NCBI GenBank assembly: GCA_951406725.2
Contig: OX597815.1
Coordinates: forward strand, 107,260,001-107,324,000
Direction: 5' to 3'
Origin: Octopus vulgaris
Taxonomy: Eukaryota
Length of the DNA: 64,000 nucleotides
Below the pieces are notes generated by a model that was given only the letters and a program-made list of their open reading frames with translations, had not been told where the DNA came from and did no database searches. The translations under genes were made by a program, and so were the position numbers. Position 1 is the first letter of the stretch. Each line of letters starts with the position of its first letter. Positions 1 to 14,056 of this stretch are shown here, piece after piece.

Positions 1-408
1 TGCTGAATGAGAGAAACTATGTGACATTTAAAGGCTGTCTGCACTGATCACAAGCCCCTAACTCCTTTATCTTTTCTTAGGTAGAGCCTGTTGATATTGC
101 TATTTTTGTGGAGATTTCCAGTTGATTTTAGAATCTTGCAGATTTTAATGTCTATGGAGTGAATTTCTTTTACAGACCAGTCATATATCCCAAATGTTGG
201 AATCAGTACTGATACTGCAAATGCTTTATGGGATATTGTCTTGTAAGAGGAGAGTTTGGATTGCCATATTTTTCTTAGTTTGGTGTATTATTCATGGGTC
301 ACTCTATCTTTATTCACAGTACCTTGGTATGATATATTGTTACCAATGCCAAGGTACTTGTAACAGTCTTTGTGTGGGACAGGAGATATAGTGAGACCAT
401 TGATGCAC

Positions 409-410
<2 letters not shown>

Positions 411-440
<30 letters not shown>

Positions 441-462
441 TGTATGTATGTATGTATGTATG

Positions 463-491
<29 letters not shown>
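411..491. repeat. (TATG)n microsatellite
   Basis: About 20 perfect TATG units. Confidence 0.95.
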
Positions 492-493
<2 letters not shown>

Positions 494-892
494 TAAGTTC
501 ATTATTATTTTTATGCATAAAGGTTTGTTGGAAAATATAGTCTCAGATAAGCAAAAAGTTAGGATAGCTATGATTAGAATGCCTTTGTTCATGATGTTTT
601 ATATATCCTGTGTTTTTTGCATTTATAGGACATCATTTTCCAAAGTGTCCTCTTTTTTTAAGACGATGTCATATAATTTGAAGGAAATTTGGCTGCTATT
701 TTTAGGCTGTCAAACAAAGCAGAGGCTCAATTTGTTTACAGTGATTGGATGGCAAACCTGGTTAAGTACCAGATAAAATAATTTGCCCTGTTTAATTCTA
801 TATCTTTATATCTTTCAATTCTGAGTTTGAAATCCTGTGTCAACTTTGTCTTTTATCCTTTTAAGATTAAAAAATATATATATATAGATTCA

Positions 893-1440
893 GGTACAGA
901 TGTGGCTGTATGGTAAGAAGCATGTTTCCCAACTACATGGTTCTGGGTTCAGTCCCATTGTGTGGCACCTTCGGTAAGTGTCTTCTACTATAACCTTGAG
1001 CTGGTCAAAACCTTGTGAGTGGATTTGGTAGATGGAAACTGAAAGAAGCCTGTTGTATACGCATATTCTTTTAGTTGTTTATCAGACAGCAGCCATGCTG
1101 GGTACTACCTTGACATTTTAGTCAAATGAATTGACTCCAGTACTTATTATTTTTTTGTAAGCCTGGTACTTATTTTATCAGTCTCTTTTGCCAAACCACT
1201 AAGTTACTAAAATGTAAACATACCAACACTGGTTGTCAAACAGCAATGGATGGGGGGACAAACACACACACACACACACATGCATGCACACAATGGGCTT
1301 CTTTCAGTTTCCATCTACCAAATCCACTCACAAGGTTTTGGACGGCTTGAGACTATAGTAGAAGACACTTGCCCAAGATGCCATGCAGTGGGTCTGAACC
1401 CGGAACCATATGGTTGGGAAGCAAGCTTCTTACCACACAG

Positions 1441-1477
<37 letters not shown>

Positions 1478-1665
1478 TGTATGTGTTTGTGTGTCTTTGT
1501 GCCAGTGCTTGTCCATCACTATTGCTTTACAACCGGTGTTGGTGTGTTTACATCCCCATAGCAGTTTGGCAAAAGAGACTGATAGAATAAGTACAAAGCT
1601 TAAGAAAAAAAAAGGTAGTGGTGTTGATTTGTTTGACTAAAAACTCTTTGTAATGGTGCTCCAGG
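893..1665 (+). mobile_element. SINE family A (tRNA-like head, internal microsatellite, tail), split by a nested inverted copy
   Basis: Head 893-1057 (GTGGCTGTATGGTAAG...GGTTCAGTCCC...GAAACTGAAAGAAGCC) and tail 1475-1665 match the two halves of the intact copy at 18474-18880. Confidence 0.8.
1066..1442 (-). mobile_element. SINE family A, near full-length, nested in opposite orientation
   Basis: Reverse complement of head (1293-1442), (CA)n and tail (1066-1260). Confidence 0.85.
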
Positions 1666-1669
1666 TTTA

Positions 1670-1880
1670 AGGTGGTCAGTTGGCAGAATTGCTATTGCGT
1701 GGGGTAAAATGCTTAGCGGCATTTCAACCATTCTTATGTTCTGAGTTCTGCTGAAGTCAGCTTTATCTTTTATCCTTTCAGGGCTGATAAAATAAGTACC
1801 AGTTGGGCACTGGGGTTGATGTAATCAACTATCCTGCCTTCCCCGAAATTGCTGGCCTTGTGCCTGAATCAGAAACAATT
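1670..1880 (+). mobile_element. SINE family C (tRNA-derived; core CCTTTCATCCTTTCGGGGTCGATAAAATAAGTACC)
   Basis: Same sequence recurs at 6662-6872(-), 24718-24910, 25085-25290, 49357-49577 and 55125-55330(-). Confidence 0.8.
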
Positions 1881-3329
1881 ATACTACAATTGATTTTGTG
1901 TTGATGATTCATTCAGTCATCATCATTATTGTCATCATTAATTGCAGCATATTATTATTAATTTTGCTAATGATTGCCTTGATTTCTATTGATGAAAAAA
2001 TCATTAAAATATTTGAAATTATGGTTATAAGTTCCTAGTGATTCCTTTATGATTTTTATATTTGCCTTGTTAAATGTAATGTATTGGTGGATGTTCACAC
2101 TTTTCCAAGAGTTATATGAGCAGAAGATGATTCCATGAAGTAGAAAATTGTAACATGAGCTCAAAATTGGTTGTTATTGTGTAATCTGTCCTGTTGTGGT
2201 TCTTCATATGATAGTAATAAACCATCATAGGATACCATTGCCCTAGAGAAATTTAAAAAATATTATGTCCAGTTTCCCTTTGAAGACCTTAGTGTGTGGA
2301 ATGAGTGCACAGAACTATATGTTGTATTAGACTCTGTATTGTAGAACTTTAGCACATCTGCTGCTGCTACTGCCACCACTGCTGCTATCACAATTGCCAC
2401 CACCACCACCATCACCACTGCCATACCACCAGCCATCACAGCTACCAACAGTGCTGCTACCACTATTGTTGTCATCATCATCATCATCATCATCATTATT
2501 GTGGTCGCTGCTGTTACTGTCGTTGTCGTCATCATCATCATTTTTTTTACATCAGATTTTCAATGCTAGCATCAGCTAAGTAGGTCTGCTTTAGTATAGC
2601 ATCCCGCATTGTCCTCTGTTTTCTTCTCCAAAATTCTTGATATTTGAGGATTCAATGCCAATGTCTTGTTACCAGGCAATATTGCACTTCATATACAATC
2701 TACCCTCCACCCACAGAAAGAAGCCCTTCATTAACCATCCTTACTCTGGTTGCTGTGCTTTCACAACAGTTTCTTCTGCTGCTGATAAGATCACCTAGGT
2801 AACAGAAACTGTTTACTGTTTCTAGGGAGCCTCCCAGACAGCTGAACAATTTAAAAAAGAATAAATAAATAAACACAAAAAAACTTTTTATAGTGAAGTG
2901 GATTCATAAGTCAAATGACTAACCCTGAAGTTGTCCTTGATTGGTAACTGTACTACATATAACTGAATTCAGTAGACTTCAGTGTTAACATTGCCTGTGT
3001 CTTTGGACATTTTTGCTTCATGTATTTCTGTTTATGAAGGTGAAAACTGGTATTAGTTCATATGAAGGAAATCAAACAAAATACCAAAATAAATCAACCA
3101 ACAGAAACAAACAAATAAACAAATAAACAAATTTACAATAGACTAATATTATAGCTCAAAAGCTATTCATCTATTATGCATTAATCTGGAAACATGAATT
3201 AAGTTCTAGCATTATAATTAATAATTTACAATTGGAGTTTGCAAAATATTTTTAAGAAAACATATAAAGCACTAATGACTGTAAGTTAACGTGATAAAGC
3301 ACCATGTAAGCAATCAATTGTGATAAATT

Positions 3330-3805
3330 ATCTCTTTTGTGGAAGTCTAGACTTCCAGACAACATGAAAAAGAACCTCTTTCAAGTAACTTTTACCACTG
3401 TTTAATTGTATGGCTGCTCAGCATGGACCCTTACTTCAAAAAATTAAAAAGAAGACTGGATAGAACTCGATGCTAAGGGTAGCTGTGTATCTCACCAGGA
3501 GAGATAATCTGACAAATGACAGATTGCACGGGAAGCTTCTTCCAGTATCAAAGATCATCAAAGAGTGTAGAGTCAGATTGGCAGGGAATTGCTGGGGAGC
3601 TAAAGCTGAATTTGTCAGTGAAGTTCTTTTTGGGGGCCAACACAAGGAAGAGCTAGCAAGAGGTAGCAAGCCAAAATCTATATTTAGCAAATTTGTGACA
3701 ACATAAGCTTCAATTCCTCTCACCTGCCAAATATGATGAACAATAGAATTGGATGGTGACAGAGAATCACCAGAATCTATGCAAGCTGTGCAACTGGATG
3801 ATGAT
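3330..3805 (+). pseudogene. Degenerate RTE/RTE-X-like LINE 3' fragment
   Basis: Translates to LYGCSAWTLT...MLRVA...TNDRLHGKLLPVSKIIKECRVRLAGNCW; ends in GGATGATGAT. Confidence 0.65.
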
Positions 3806-5229
3806 TTTACATGTCTATTATCTGTTAGAAATGGCCATGAAATCTCCTCATATCATATCCTGTTGTCTTTAATAATATGTAGTCTTAGAAATACTGTTTG
3901 AATAATAGTCATAGCTGGGATACTTTAGGTTTGCTTGTTTGTTGCTGACCTAGGGCTAAATTACATAACTCTTCTATGCTGTCTCTTCTGCTACATATTA
4001 CTCTAATATATCATGGTTATATGGTTAAGGAGTTTGCTTCAAAACCCTGAGTTTCTGAGTTTGATCCCTTTGCAGATAACTTGAGCAAGTGTCTTCTGCC
4101 ATAGCTTTAGATTGGTCAAAGCTTTGTGAGTGAAAGTTGGTAGACAAAAGGATTTAGTGTGTAGCTGGCCTCATGAATAGTGTAGTAAACCTTCAGATGA
4201 GAGGTCAGTAGTTACAAATCCTCTCTTGAGTATTGCATTGAATCTGTGGTATAAAAACTAACTCACAAAATGGTCATATCAACTTAGCTGTAAATAGGTA
4301 CTGATTCAGTTATACCTGGAGGAAAACCAAATTTTAAAAGAAGATAATGGTAAACAACCTCTGCCTTGTACCAGGAAACCCTTGTAGAAACCCACAGAGT
4401 CATTAGAAGTCAGTTTTGACTCGATAGCTCTATCCATCTACTCCTCCCTCTCTCTCCCTCCATCCATCCATCTGACGGTCCATCTACCCATCCATCTATC
4501 CCTCCCTCCTTTCCTCTCTCCCTCCATCAATCCATCCCTCCACTCAATTTTCCTTCCATTTCTACAAGCTTCAGTCATCTTAGTTGAAAACAAAATGTCA
4601 GACTCAATTTCACAGTTGAGTAGTTCCTGTTAGGAATGTCATCCAACCAAAACAAAGTAATTTCTTCGACAATTCAAATATCCAATATTCTTCATACCCA
4701 TCCCACCCAAGGTACCACGGAAAGAAAATAGATTGAATAGTAAAAACTAAAAGTCACACAAATCACGACAAAATAAATTCCAACAAAAATACAAACACGA
4801 GGACTGAAGTTATTAATTCCAAAGGAAATGGAATGGAGATGAAAGAAAACGGATGTTTAAAGTGATACTTCAATGCACCAATAGAGCCAGACAATTGCAG
4901 ATCAACTGGAAATGTGATGTAATAATATGCATTGCTTTATTTTTTATTTTTTTCATGGTGAAAGCAATCTTTGCATCTCTTTATATTTGTATACAAGTAA
5001 GGCCATAAATAGTTTACTTCTACTGGAAATCCTTACTTTGGGTGGGATTCAGCACTAAATTTAGATATTTGCCATTCTTTTTTTTGTTTGTTTGTTTCAA
5101 AACTGGATGTGCTATTTATGTCTTGTCTTGTCTTCGGTCTTCATCCTCTGCTGGAATTGAGGAAGTGCTGTTGTGACCTATATTGAGTCTTTGAAATATA
5201 AACCTAGGAGAGCCTCTCTTTTTCCGGAT

Positions 5230-5569
5230 CAGAGAGAGAGAGAGAAAGGGGAGAGGGAGAGAGAGAGTGAGAGAGAAGGAGAGAGAGATTGATAGAGCTA
5301 GATATAAATAGAGAGGATGAGAGAGATAGGTAGAGATATATAGGTAGATGGAAGGAAAGGGATAGAAAGAGGGATAGAGAGAGAGAGGAATAAAGATATA
5401 TATATATATATATATAGATAGATAGATAGGGAGAGAGGGAGAGTAGGAGAGGGAAAGAGAGGGAGAGAGAGAAAGAGAGAGATTGATTGATTGATAGGTA
5501 GATAGATAGATAGATAGATAGACTGACAGAGAGAGAGAGAGGGAGAGAAACAGAGAGATAAATAGATAG

Positions 5570-5635
<66 letters not shown>
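5230..5635. repeat. Compound (GA)n/(GATA)n polypurine tract
   Basis: About 400 bp purine-rich run ending in about 30 GA units. Confidence 0.9.
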
Positions 5636-5636
<1 letters not shown>

Positions 5637-6661
5637 GGAATTAACATTAGTATTGGAGTAACATTTTATTTATTGACCCTGAAAGTTAGAAAGGCAAAGT
5701 TCACCTTGGTGAGATTTGAAATCTTAGAACAGAAAGCTGAAATAAATTCTGCCAGTCAGTTTATTTGATGCTCTAATACCTCTGTTAATTGACTGCCTTG
5801 TATTTTCTTTGATCTACTACTGAATTATGAACAAGGACAGCTATGCAACACCTATAATCCACTTTAAGCTTATGGGTTCCTGAATGGGATTAGTAAATCT
5901 TTTTTGTACTATTAAGTCCACTGCTTCTGAGATGTGAGTGTTTATAGTACAAGGATTAATTGTTGGCAAATAAAATCTGCTGCTTGATTCTCAGTTGAAA
6001 TAGTTTCCTTTAGAGCACTAATGTTGTTCAACAAAACAGGATTAACACCAGCACTTCTCCCTTTCCCACCTTTTATAATTCTTTTAGCTCTTGGTCCAGT
6101 AAATAAATCAGTATTTATTGTGTTCTCAATAGTTTAAATTAATTTAATAGTTGTAATGATTTTAAATTAATTTAATAGTTGTAATGATTTTTATATAATT
6201 TCTACAAAAAATAGGTAGTGAGACATTAAAAAAAAAGTATAATTGAAAAAGGGGTTTAGTTCAGAACAATAATAGAGTTACCTCCCTTTGTAATTGGCAC
6301 CCTAATCATGTTAAATGCTGTGAAGAAGAGACTTATTTCAAGATAAACTATTTGCATTTTTTCTTGAAAAAGTCATCAAATTAATTAAAGTCACATTTTT
6401 TAAAATAAAAAAAACAAAAACGCTATATAGTGCATAAACATACTGTAATTAGAATTTATTACTTTTGATATTGTATTCCATCTGAAAACATTAGGGTAAA
6501 ATAATGATTTAAAATAAAATTGTATTCTATTTCAGGGATGATAAAATCAATTATGTACACTCCTTTCTTTAGGAAAGGAAAATCATTACTGTAACTGATA
6601 ACATGATATTGGAATAATTGTTCTGTGGCTTGGTGCTGGAATTGGTAGTTCTGTTATATTA

Positions 6662-6872
6662 GTTCCAAATTTTGGGACAAAGCCAGAAATTTTGAGGAGG
6701 GGTTAAGTTGATTACATTGTCTTTAGTCTTCAACTGGCTTCTTTTTATCAATCCTGACAGAATGAAAGGCAAAGTTGACTTCAGTGCAATTTGAACTCAG
6801 AACATAAAGATGGATGAAATACCACTAGGTATTTTGACCAGTGTGCTAACAATTCTGCCAGCTTGCTGCTTT
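6662..6872 (-). mobile_element. SINE family C
   Basis: Reverse complement of the 1670-1880 type sequence. Confidence 0.75.
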
Positions 6873-6985
6873 AGTTAGTTCTGTTATACAAAAGTGAAGT
6901 GATTCCATAGTTAAATACAAGGTAAAGTTGTTTCAAAAATAATGGATATCAAAGTGTCATGCATACATACATATTTACATACATA

Positions 6986-7557
6986 CATGGTGGCTGCCCC
7001 CTCGTTATCGAGTATGGTCATTGCACGAAGCTTAATCAATGTTGTTATCGTGCAATGCCTGTGCAAGAAGATTTTTTTTAAAGTGAGGAAAGGCTGTGCA
7101 CTGAGTCAATCCCACTCATTAAGCAACAGCAGCCATAATCCAAAAAGAAGAACAAGTCAACATCATTGGTAACCACTGAGCCGCAAGTTTTATGTTGGAG
7201 TAATCCGAGTTACCTGAATTACCTTCACCTAGAAGGATGCCCTAACAAAGGCTAGGAGTCCTTCACTCCCAATAGTTTAACCGCGCGATCAGGTATTCAG
7301 TCTGATTATTTCTATACCCCTGCACATAATACAGCCGTAAGACATTTATTGGATGGCCGTTGACTCTCAAGAGTTCCTCCGTCCTTTGACGGGTTTTGTT
7401 TTTCATCCTGCAGGGTGTCCAATAAACACCCTCCTCACCAAGCAAGCTTGGTGGGGTTGCCAGTTTAGTCGCTGGCGACCTGACCATGCGCCAGGTTGTA
7501 CTGGGTTACATGTTACTAGTAGCACTCGAAAGTGACTTGACAATGTATGACCTGACC
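6986..7557 (+). mobile_element. Interspersed repeat family F, flanked by (ATAC)n
   Basis: Starts TGGCTGCCCCCTCGTTATCGAGTATGG; partial copies at 8175-8370, about 21515-21570 and 62961-63003(-). Confidence 0.65.
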
Positions 7558-7794
7558 ATACATACATACATACATACATACATACATACACACATACATA
7601 CATACATACAAACATATGTACATATATATATATATATGTGTGTATGTGTGTGTGTTAGCTTGATAAAATCTTATTTTGTACAAGAATGTATAATATCTTT
7701 ATTATTATGATGACTTTAATATACTTCTTAATCCTGTAAAACAAATCTGTTTTTTTATCATCTTTTCTCTTTGTGTGTATGTATATATATATGT

Positions 7795-8163
7795 GTTACC
7801 AGTGCCGGTGGCATGTAAGAGAACCAGCCGTTCGTGACCGTTGCCAGCGCCGCCCCGACTGGCCTCGTGCCGGTGGCACGTAAAAAGCACCATCCGTTCA
7901 TGTCCGTTGCCAGCCTCGCCTGGCCCCCGTGCCGGTGGCACATAAAAGCACCATCTGTTCGTGGCTGTTTGCCAGCTCTGTCTGGCACCTGTGCGGGTGG
8001 CACCACGGAGTGGTTGGCATTAGGAAGGGCATCCAGCCGTAGAAACACTGCCAGATCTGACTGGGCCTGATGAAGCCGTCCGGCTTCACAGACCCCAGTA
8101 GAACCGTCCAACCCATGCTAGCATGGAAAACGGACGCTAAACGATGATGATGATGATGATGAT
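7795..8163 (+). mobile_element. RTE 3'-UTR-derived short element with internal GC-rich tandem units and (GAT)n tail
   Basis: TTGGCATTAGGAAGGGCATCCAGCCGTAGAAAC...CCAACCCATGCTAGCATGGAAAACGGACGCTAAACGATGATG is shared with the 3' end of the RTE at 40765-41010. Confidence 0.85.
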
Positions 8164-8418
8164 ATATCATGTAATTGGATGACTATTGACACTTCTGAGT
8201 TCCTCTACCCTTTTATGAGCATTTTCAACCCTGCAGGGTGTCCAAAAATCCACCCTACTCAGCAAGCTGACTTGTTGGTATTGCCAGGTAGTTACTGAGA
8301 GCCTAATCATGCAACAGGATGTACTGGGTTATATATTACCAGTTGCACTCAAGAGCAACCTGACATTACATACATGTATGCATATATGCATACATACATA
8401 CATACATACATACATACA

Positions 8419-8449
<31 letters not shown>

Positions 8450-8459
8450 GTATGTATCT

Positions 8460-9935
8460 TACAATGGCACCTGTAACAAAACACATATCACTAAAGAATA
8501 TTACAACCAAATAAAGAAAATTTGGACCTCAGACTCTCTGCATTCAATAAAACAGTGGCCCACAATGTGTTTGCAGTGCCAGTACTCATGCCAACATTTG
8601 GGCTGCTTGATTGAATTCTTGATGAGATCTGAGCCATTGATGTGAAAAACCGCCAAATACTAACAAGTACACATAATTTCCACATAAACCGTAATGTAGA
8701 ACGCCTCTACCTAAAATGAAAGCAAGGTAGCAGAGGCTTAACATCGATCGAAAGTCATAACATATCCCTTTGGCAACATCTTTTAACCACCAACTGTCGA
8801 AGTTTCATTCCTTGACCAAGTTTGCATGCATGAGGCTGATAACATCATAAGACTTGGAAGGTAGCTCCTTCAACATTCCTTGTCTGATAACCTTAAATAC
8901 CTACCCAAAGAAGTCACACAAGTCTATTGGAATGTATTATCTGATGAAAGGATAAGCATTTATGGGCAGAAAACTATGCATGGATATGTTAATAGAAAGC
9001 TCCAAGATGAGAGTAGCATTGATCATCAAAGCAGTTTATCATGGACCAATAGCCAGATTACCACCTCCCACTTTGAAGGGTATGTGTTGGCAATCCAGGG
9101 ACAGTAAATATAGACCAAATTCCTGAAGCACAAAAGAGATAGAGATATAGGAAAAGCAGTAAAATGTGACAACTGATGTAGACTTTATTGTCTGAAAATG
9201 TCATCACGGTATCATCTACCAATGAGACATGATATTGTAACTAGGACACTCTGTAATGAAATCTGTCAGAAGGATAACCCCAAGGACAAAGAAATAAGAA
9301 CCCACAGTATGGTAGAAGCCATAGCCACTCATAATAAAAAGGAATACTGATGGAATGTCCCAGTAAAACCCTCAATAAAATGTAAACACCATAGACTGAT
9401 ATAATGATTTGGGATAGAAGAGAGAAACTGTGTATAGTTGTGGAAATTAGCTACCCAGTGGATGTTAACATAAAGCTGAAGATCAGTGAAAAAGAGAAAA
9501 CCTATGCTGAACTATTGAGAAATCTGTAGTTACTCTATCCAGATTACAAGTTCAGGTTTATACCTGTAATTAGTGGGCCCTGGGATATGTAACACACTGC
9601 CTAAATACCAATCTTAAGAAATTAGAAAAAAACCACAAAAGAAAAAGCTAATTTGAAGACTACAGATCTAATCCATCACTGGAACTGTAAAAACCTGTAA
9701 AACTTTCCAGAAGTTAATCATTTAAATATATATGAACATGTGTAGATATGCAACTATATGCATGAGAATACATATGTAAAATAAAGCATACAAATCTGCA
9801 CATATACATATATACATACAAACAAAAATACTCTGCAGTTGATGTTGAAATTCCAATGAAGGAACCTTGGATCTAGGTTAGAAACTGGCTCTTTCTCTAT
9901 TGGCAAGAAATCTTGAAATAAAACTGAATGATAAT
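8460..9935 (+). pseudogene. R4/Dong-like (restriction-like endonuclease) non-LTR retrotransposon, 3' fragment
   Basis: Frameshifted motifs: HNVFAVPVLMPTFG, NVERLYLK..GSRGL, MHGY, FEGYVLAIQ, MRHDIV, IMIWD..VVEISYP, FIPVI; 3' UTR to about 9935. Confidence 0.75.
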
Positions 9936-9985
9936 GTACATACATACATACATACATCATCATCATCATCATCATCGTTATGCAC

Positions 9986-10039
<54 letters not shown>

Positions 10040-10117
10040 GCATCATTATCATAATAATTTAATGTCCAATTTCTATGCTGGCATGAGCTGGACAGTTTGA
10101 CAGGAATATATATATAT

Positions 10118-10174
<57 letters not shown>

Positions 10175-11114
10175 TATATGCATATCGTAACATATAATTG
10201 CCAACAAAGTGTGGAATCCCAAACGGGATAGTGCTACTGACTTTTATAGCCCCAGGAAGACCACCCAGAAACTCAAGTCTGTGTGTATCACATAAGACTA
10301 GGGATGGGAGCGCTGACCTCCCCTCGCAAATACTAATTGGATGCAGAATGTGTGTCGGTAGCCAGCTGGAGGAGATGTCATAATGCATTGTAGGATTTGC
10401 TTGGTATTTTAATATTCAGGAAATCAGGAAAGGGTTGAATTCAGCACATACATGTATATACCTCATACATACACACCTGTACATACACATGCATATATGA
10501 ACATATCCATACATTTACATATAAATGTACACACACGCACATGCGCACATATACATGTATATATAAATGTACATATACATGCAAATATCCCAACCAAGTC
10601 CCAGATCTAGGTTTGGTGTTTGCATAAAATAAGAACTCAAATGGGTTAAAAGTTCACTACAGCTGTTTCAGGTGCATTTTTTATTGATGAATTGTTGGAT
10701 TACATCTTGAAAAGAAACGTTTTCCTTAGGTAATTAAAAATTTGGTTTGGTAATAAAATACAAGATGTAGATTGACCCTCTCAGTTCGACACTATTGAAT
10801 AAAGTCACTCTCTTCAATGATGCAATAACTTAGTGGTTAGTATGTCAGGCCAATGATCCTAACATGGTTTCTATTCCAAAACTGTGTAGTGCACTATGTT
10901 CTTCAGCAAAATATTTCATTTCATTTTCCACCAGTCCATTCTGTGAGGTTAACTTGCAAAGGGCTTGTGCCCTGTTCAGTGGGATTTGTGTGTGCATATT
11001 GTACTCTTGGTAGCATATATGCCATGAAAATTAGCTCTGAATTAATGAGCCTAAAGGCTGTGATAGACTTAAGGCATGAGACAAATCAAACATCAAGTGA
11101 GGTGCAGGGCTGTG

Positions 11115-11565
11115 TTAGGTGTAGGCTGTGTGGTCAAGAATTTTGCTTCTTAGTTATGTGGTTTCAGGTTCAGTCTTACTGTATGGTACCTTGGACATGG
11201 GTTTTCTATAATAGCCTCAGGCCGAATAAAGCCTCATGAGTGAATCTGGTTGACAAAAACTGAAGAAGTTTGTCATGTGTGTGTGTGTGTGTGTGCATAT
11301 GTGCATGCTTGTTTATGTGTGTATTTGTGTCTCCTTGTCTTGACATTGCATGATAATTGTAAATGTGCATCACCATTATAAGTATTACTGTCATTTGTTT
11401 CTAATCATCCATGAAAAAAATGTCCAGTCATGGGGAATTACTTTGCTTGGAAATATGTGATGGATGGCAACAGGAAGGACATTTTGCTATAGAATATATC
11501 TGCCCTAACAGATTCTATCTGAAAAAGTAGATGTTATAATAACGGCAACAACGATGATGATGATG
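11115..11565 (+). mobile_element. SINE family A' (family A head, (TG)n, RTE-like tail, (GAT)n)
   Basis: Head as family A; tail matches 51260-51475 and 12420-12640(-). Confidence 0.7.
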
Positions 11566-12777
11566 AGGAGGGAAATGGTAGAAGTGATGAATAGGCAAAA
11601 TTGTGAGAGTGTTTGACAAAATGTCTTATGATATTTAGATACAATCTTCTATCTTCTGAGTTTAAATTCCACTAAAGTCAAATTTACCTTTCATTCCTCT
11701 GGGATCAATAAAATACATCACTAGTCAAGAACTGGGGTTGGTTTACATTCTATAATGTATCCTAAATGTGAATTGACTTACCGTAGAGGAAGTATGCTTT
11801 AGGTTGGACTATATTCCTTTCTCATTGAAATTATTCAAATTTCTTGAGGAAACTTTAGTTTCTTTTAATTTTTTTATTGTTGCAGTAGCTAGGTTGTGGT
11901 TATACTGTGTTTATGCTGTGGTTATGCTGTGGCTACGATATGTCTGGTACCACATCCATGTTGTTAATTAACAACAAATGAAGCTAAAAACGAAGAACTG
12001 GTTTGTTTTACAGAGGCCATTTAAAAAAGTTCTTATTTTAAAAAGCTTATTGATGATGGTTCTCATTTGACTGTTATTTTAAGCAGATTGAGAAATCACA
12101 AAATTATTTTTTATTTATTTTTACTTAATCAAACTTTGTCTGTCTCCTGGGAACCTCAATGAATCAAGTGAGTCCACGTTACTTGTCATTATTATAGCCC
12201 TGACTAGAATCTTCAATCAATCATACAAAAGAAGATTGGATATGCAAAGCAAATTACATATGACATGGAATATGATTGCTGAAATTGAAGAGACAAGTTT
12301 TGGTCTGTATTCTAAAAGACAAAAAAATAAAAGCAAAAATATGACATTTGTTAGTGTACTGTGAGGAAAAAAAATATCTAGTGTTTTTAACAGAACTCTT
12401 TGTGATTATCATCACTATTGTCATTAATTTAATGTTAGCATTTCCATGCTTGCATAGGTCAGATGACATTTTGTTGAGACAGATTTTCTATGCCTGATTG
12501 CTCTTCCTGCTATCAACCCTCACCTGTATCCAAGCAGGGCAATATTTCCCCATGGTTGGATATGCTTTCATAGAAGATATATGACGGTGCCAGTCATTTT
12601 ATAACTACCACACAATGTCAAGACAAGGAGACAGAAGCACTCACACACATATACACTCATGCATACACACACATATATGTGTATGTGTGTATGTATGTAT
12701 GTATGTATGTATGTATGTATGTATGTATGCATGTGTGTATATATGTGTGTGTATGTATATATATATATATATATATG

Positions 12778-13440
12778 AAATAAAAAATGGGACAAGAACG
12801 CAAAACATCCAGACAACTAGGTGATACAAAAAGGGACAACAAAACATACAGATAGACAATACAAAAAAATACAAGGACAGGTCATTCGATGCTTTCTATC
12901 CTCAGTCAAGAGCCAGATCATCCTCGCAATTTCAGCTGATTAATCTTGAGATTGCTCCAATCTGGCCAGCCCCAAGGAAGGAAAAACTAAGCTAAGAGCA
13001 TTAGATTCCTTGGAAGAAAGCATCGAATGTATACAAAAACAAGGACGGGAAAACAGACAATGTTACACAAATATAAATACAATAAAAATGATAACAGGAC
13101 ATAGCAACAGGTGTCTTTCGACTAAGGACGAATTGAATTAAGCTGGCATGTGTGTAAATGAAGCCTTACAGCAGAGATACAAAAATTTCACAAACACAGG
13201 GAAGAATATCGATGTTGCATGGACCATGGTCAGACCCAGTAAGAGTGAGCAGTCTGGCTGATCAGTCACATGGGAAGAGAAGAGAGAAAAAAATAGAAGC
13301 AGAGGAACAAAAGAATTAAGGAAGGGGAAGAGAAGAGAGAGAGTTGTAGAAGCAGATGGACAGAAGAATTAAGGAGGGGTCGAGAAAAAATGACAGGGAC
13401 ATAGTGAGTGAAAAGTGGAGGGAAAGTGAGTAAGAAGAGA
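12778..13440 (-). mobile_element. Non-autonomous repeat family D
   Basis: Reverse complement of 37140-37840; partial copies at 30070-30250(-) and 36757-37040(+); 3' end abuts (TA)n. Confidence 0.75.
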
Positions 13441-13512
13441 AAGCATGGAAAGCAGATGTTAAACGATGATGATGATGATGATGATGATGATGATATATAT
13501 ATATATATATAT

Positions 13513-14000
13513 TGAATTTCGTGGTACTGGTCATGCTTTGGCTCGCTCTGACACTGAGTTGAGATGATGCATTCTAGTATCTCAAAATTTAATATACAAT
13601 TATTCATAATTGTCGTATCCTGCGCCGATGAGAGAAGAAGTTTGGGTAAAGTAGAATTTTCTAATTCTTATGCTATCCTAAAACTTGATCTCGAAACGTA
13701 CGTCCGTAGGTAACTTAAAATTGCATGATAGATTGCCGTCATTTCATTCTTTCTTTCTTACCTGTCTGTGTTTGCCTTTCAAGTGCTGTGTTTTTACTGA
13801 GATCCCCCTTTTAGTAGAAGGAATAGCTATATCTCTTTGACCGCTATTTCTAAATTCGGTGTGTTGGTGAGGCAATTCGTTGCTAAACCCTTAATTACTT
13901 AGTATTACTTAAATTTTCCTCGAATGGGGCTTTTACATGCCGAAATCTACTTGGTGTAATTGATAATTATCCCTAATTAATTAATTTCACCCTTTATTAT

Positions 14001-14003
<3 letters not shown>
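13513..14003 (+). mobile_element. Penelope-type pLTR-like non-autonomous element between (TA)n tracts
   Basis: Bounded by (TA)n on both sides; contains a hammerhead-like motif; ends TTCACCCTTTATTATT. Confidence 0.65.
13619..13710 (+). ncRNA. Minimal type I hammerhead ribozyme-like motif (core variant CCGAUGA)
   Basis: Helix I CCTGCG/CGTAGG; CCGATGA; 61-nt helix II GAGA..TCTC; GAAAC; palindrome ACGTACGT; GUC site. Confidence 0.7.
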
Positions 14004-14051
<48 letters not shown>

Positions 14052-14056
14052 TATAG

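Noticed and set aside
4560-5230. Unique-looking block between CT-rich and GA-rich tracts, possible promoter
   Set aside because: No specific promoter or exon evidence
6133-6191. 29-bp tandem duplication
   Set aside because: Ordinary AT-rich slippage duplication
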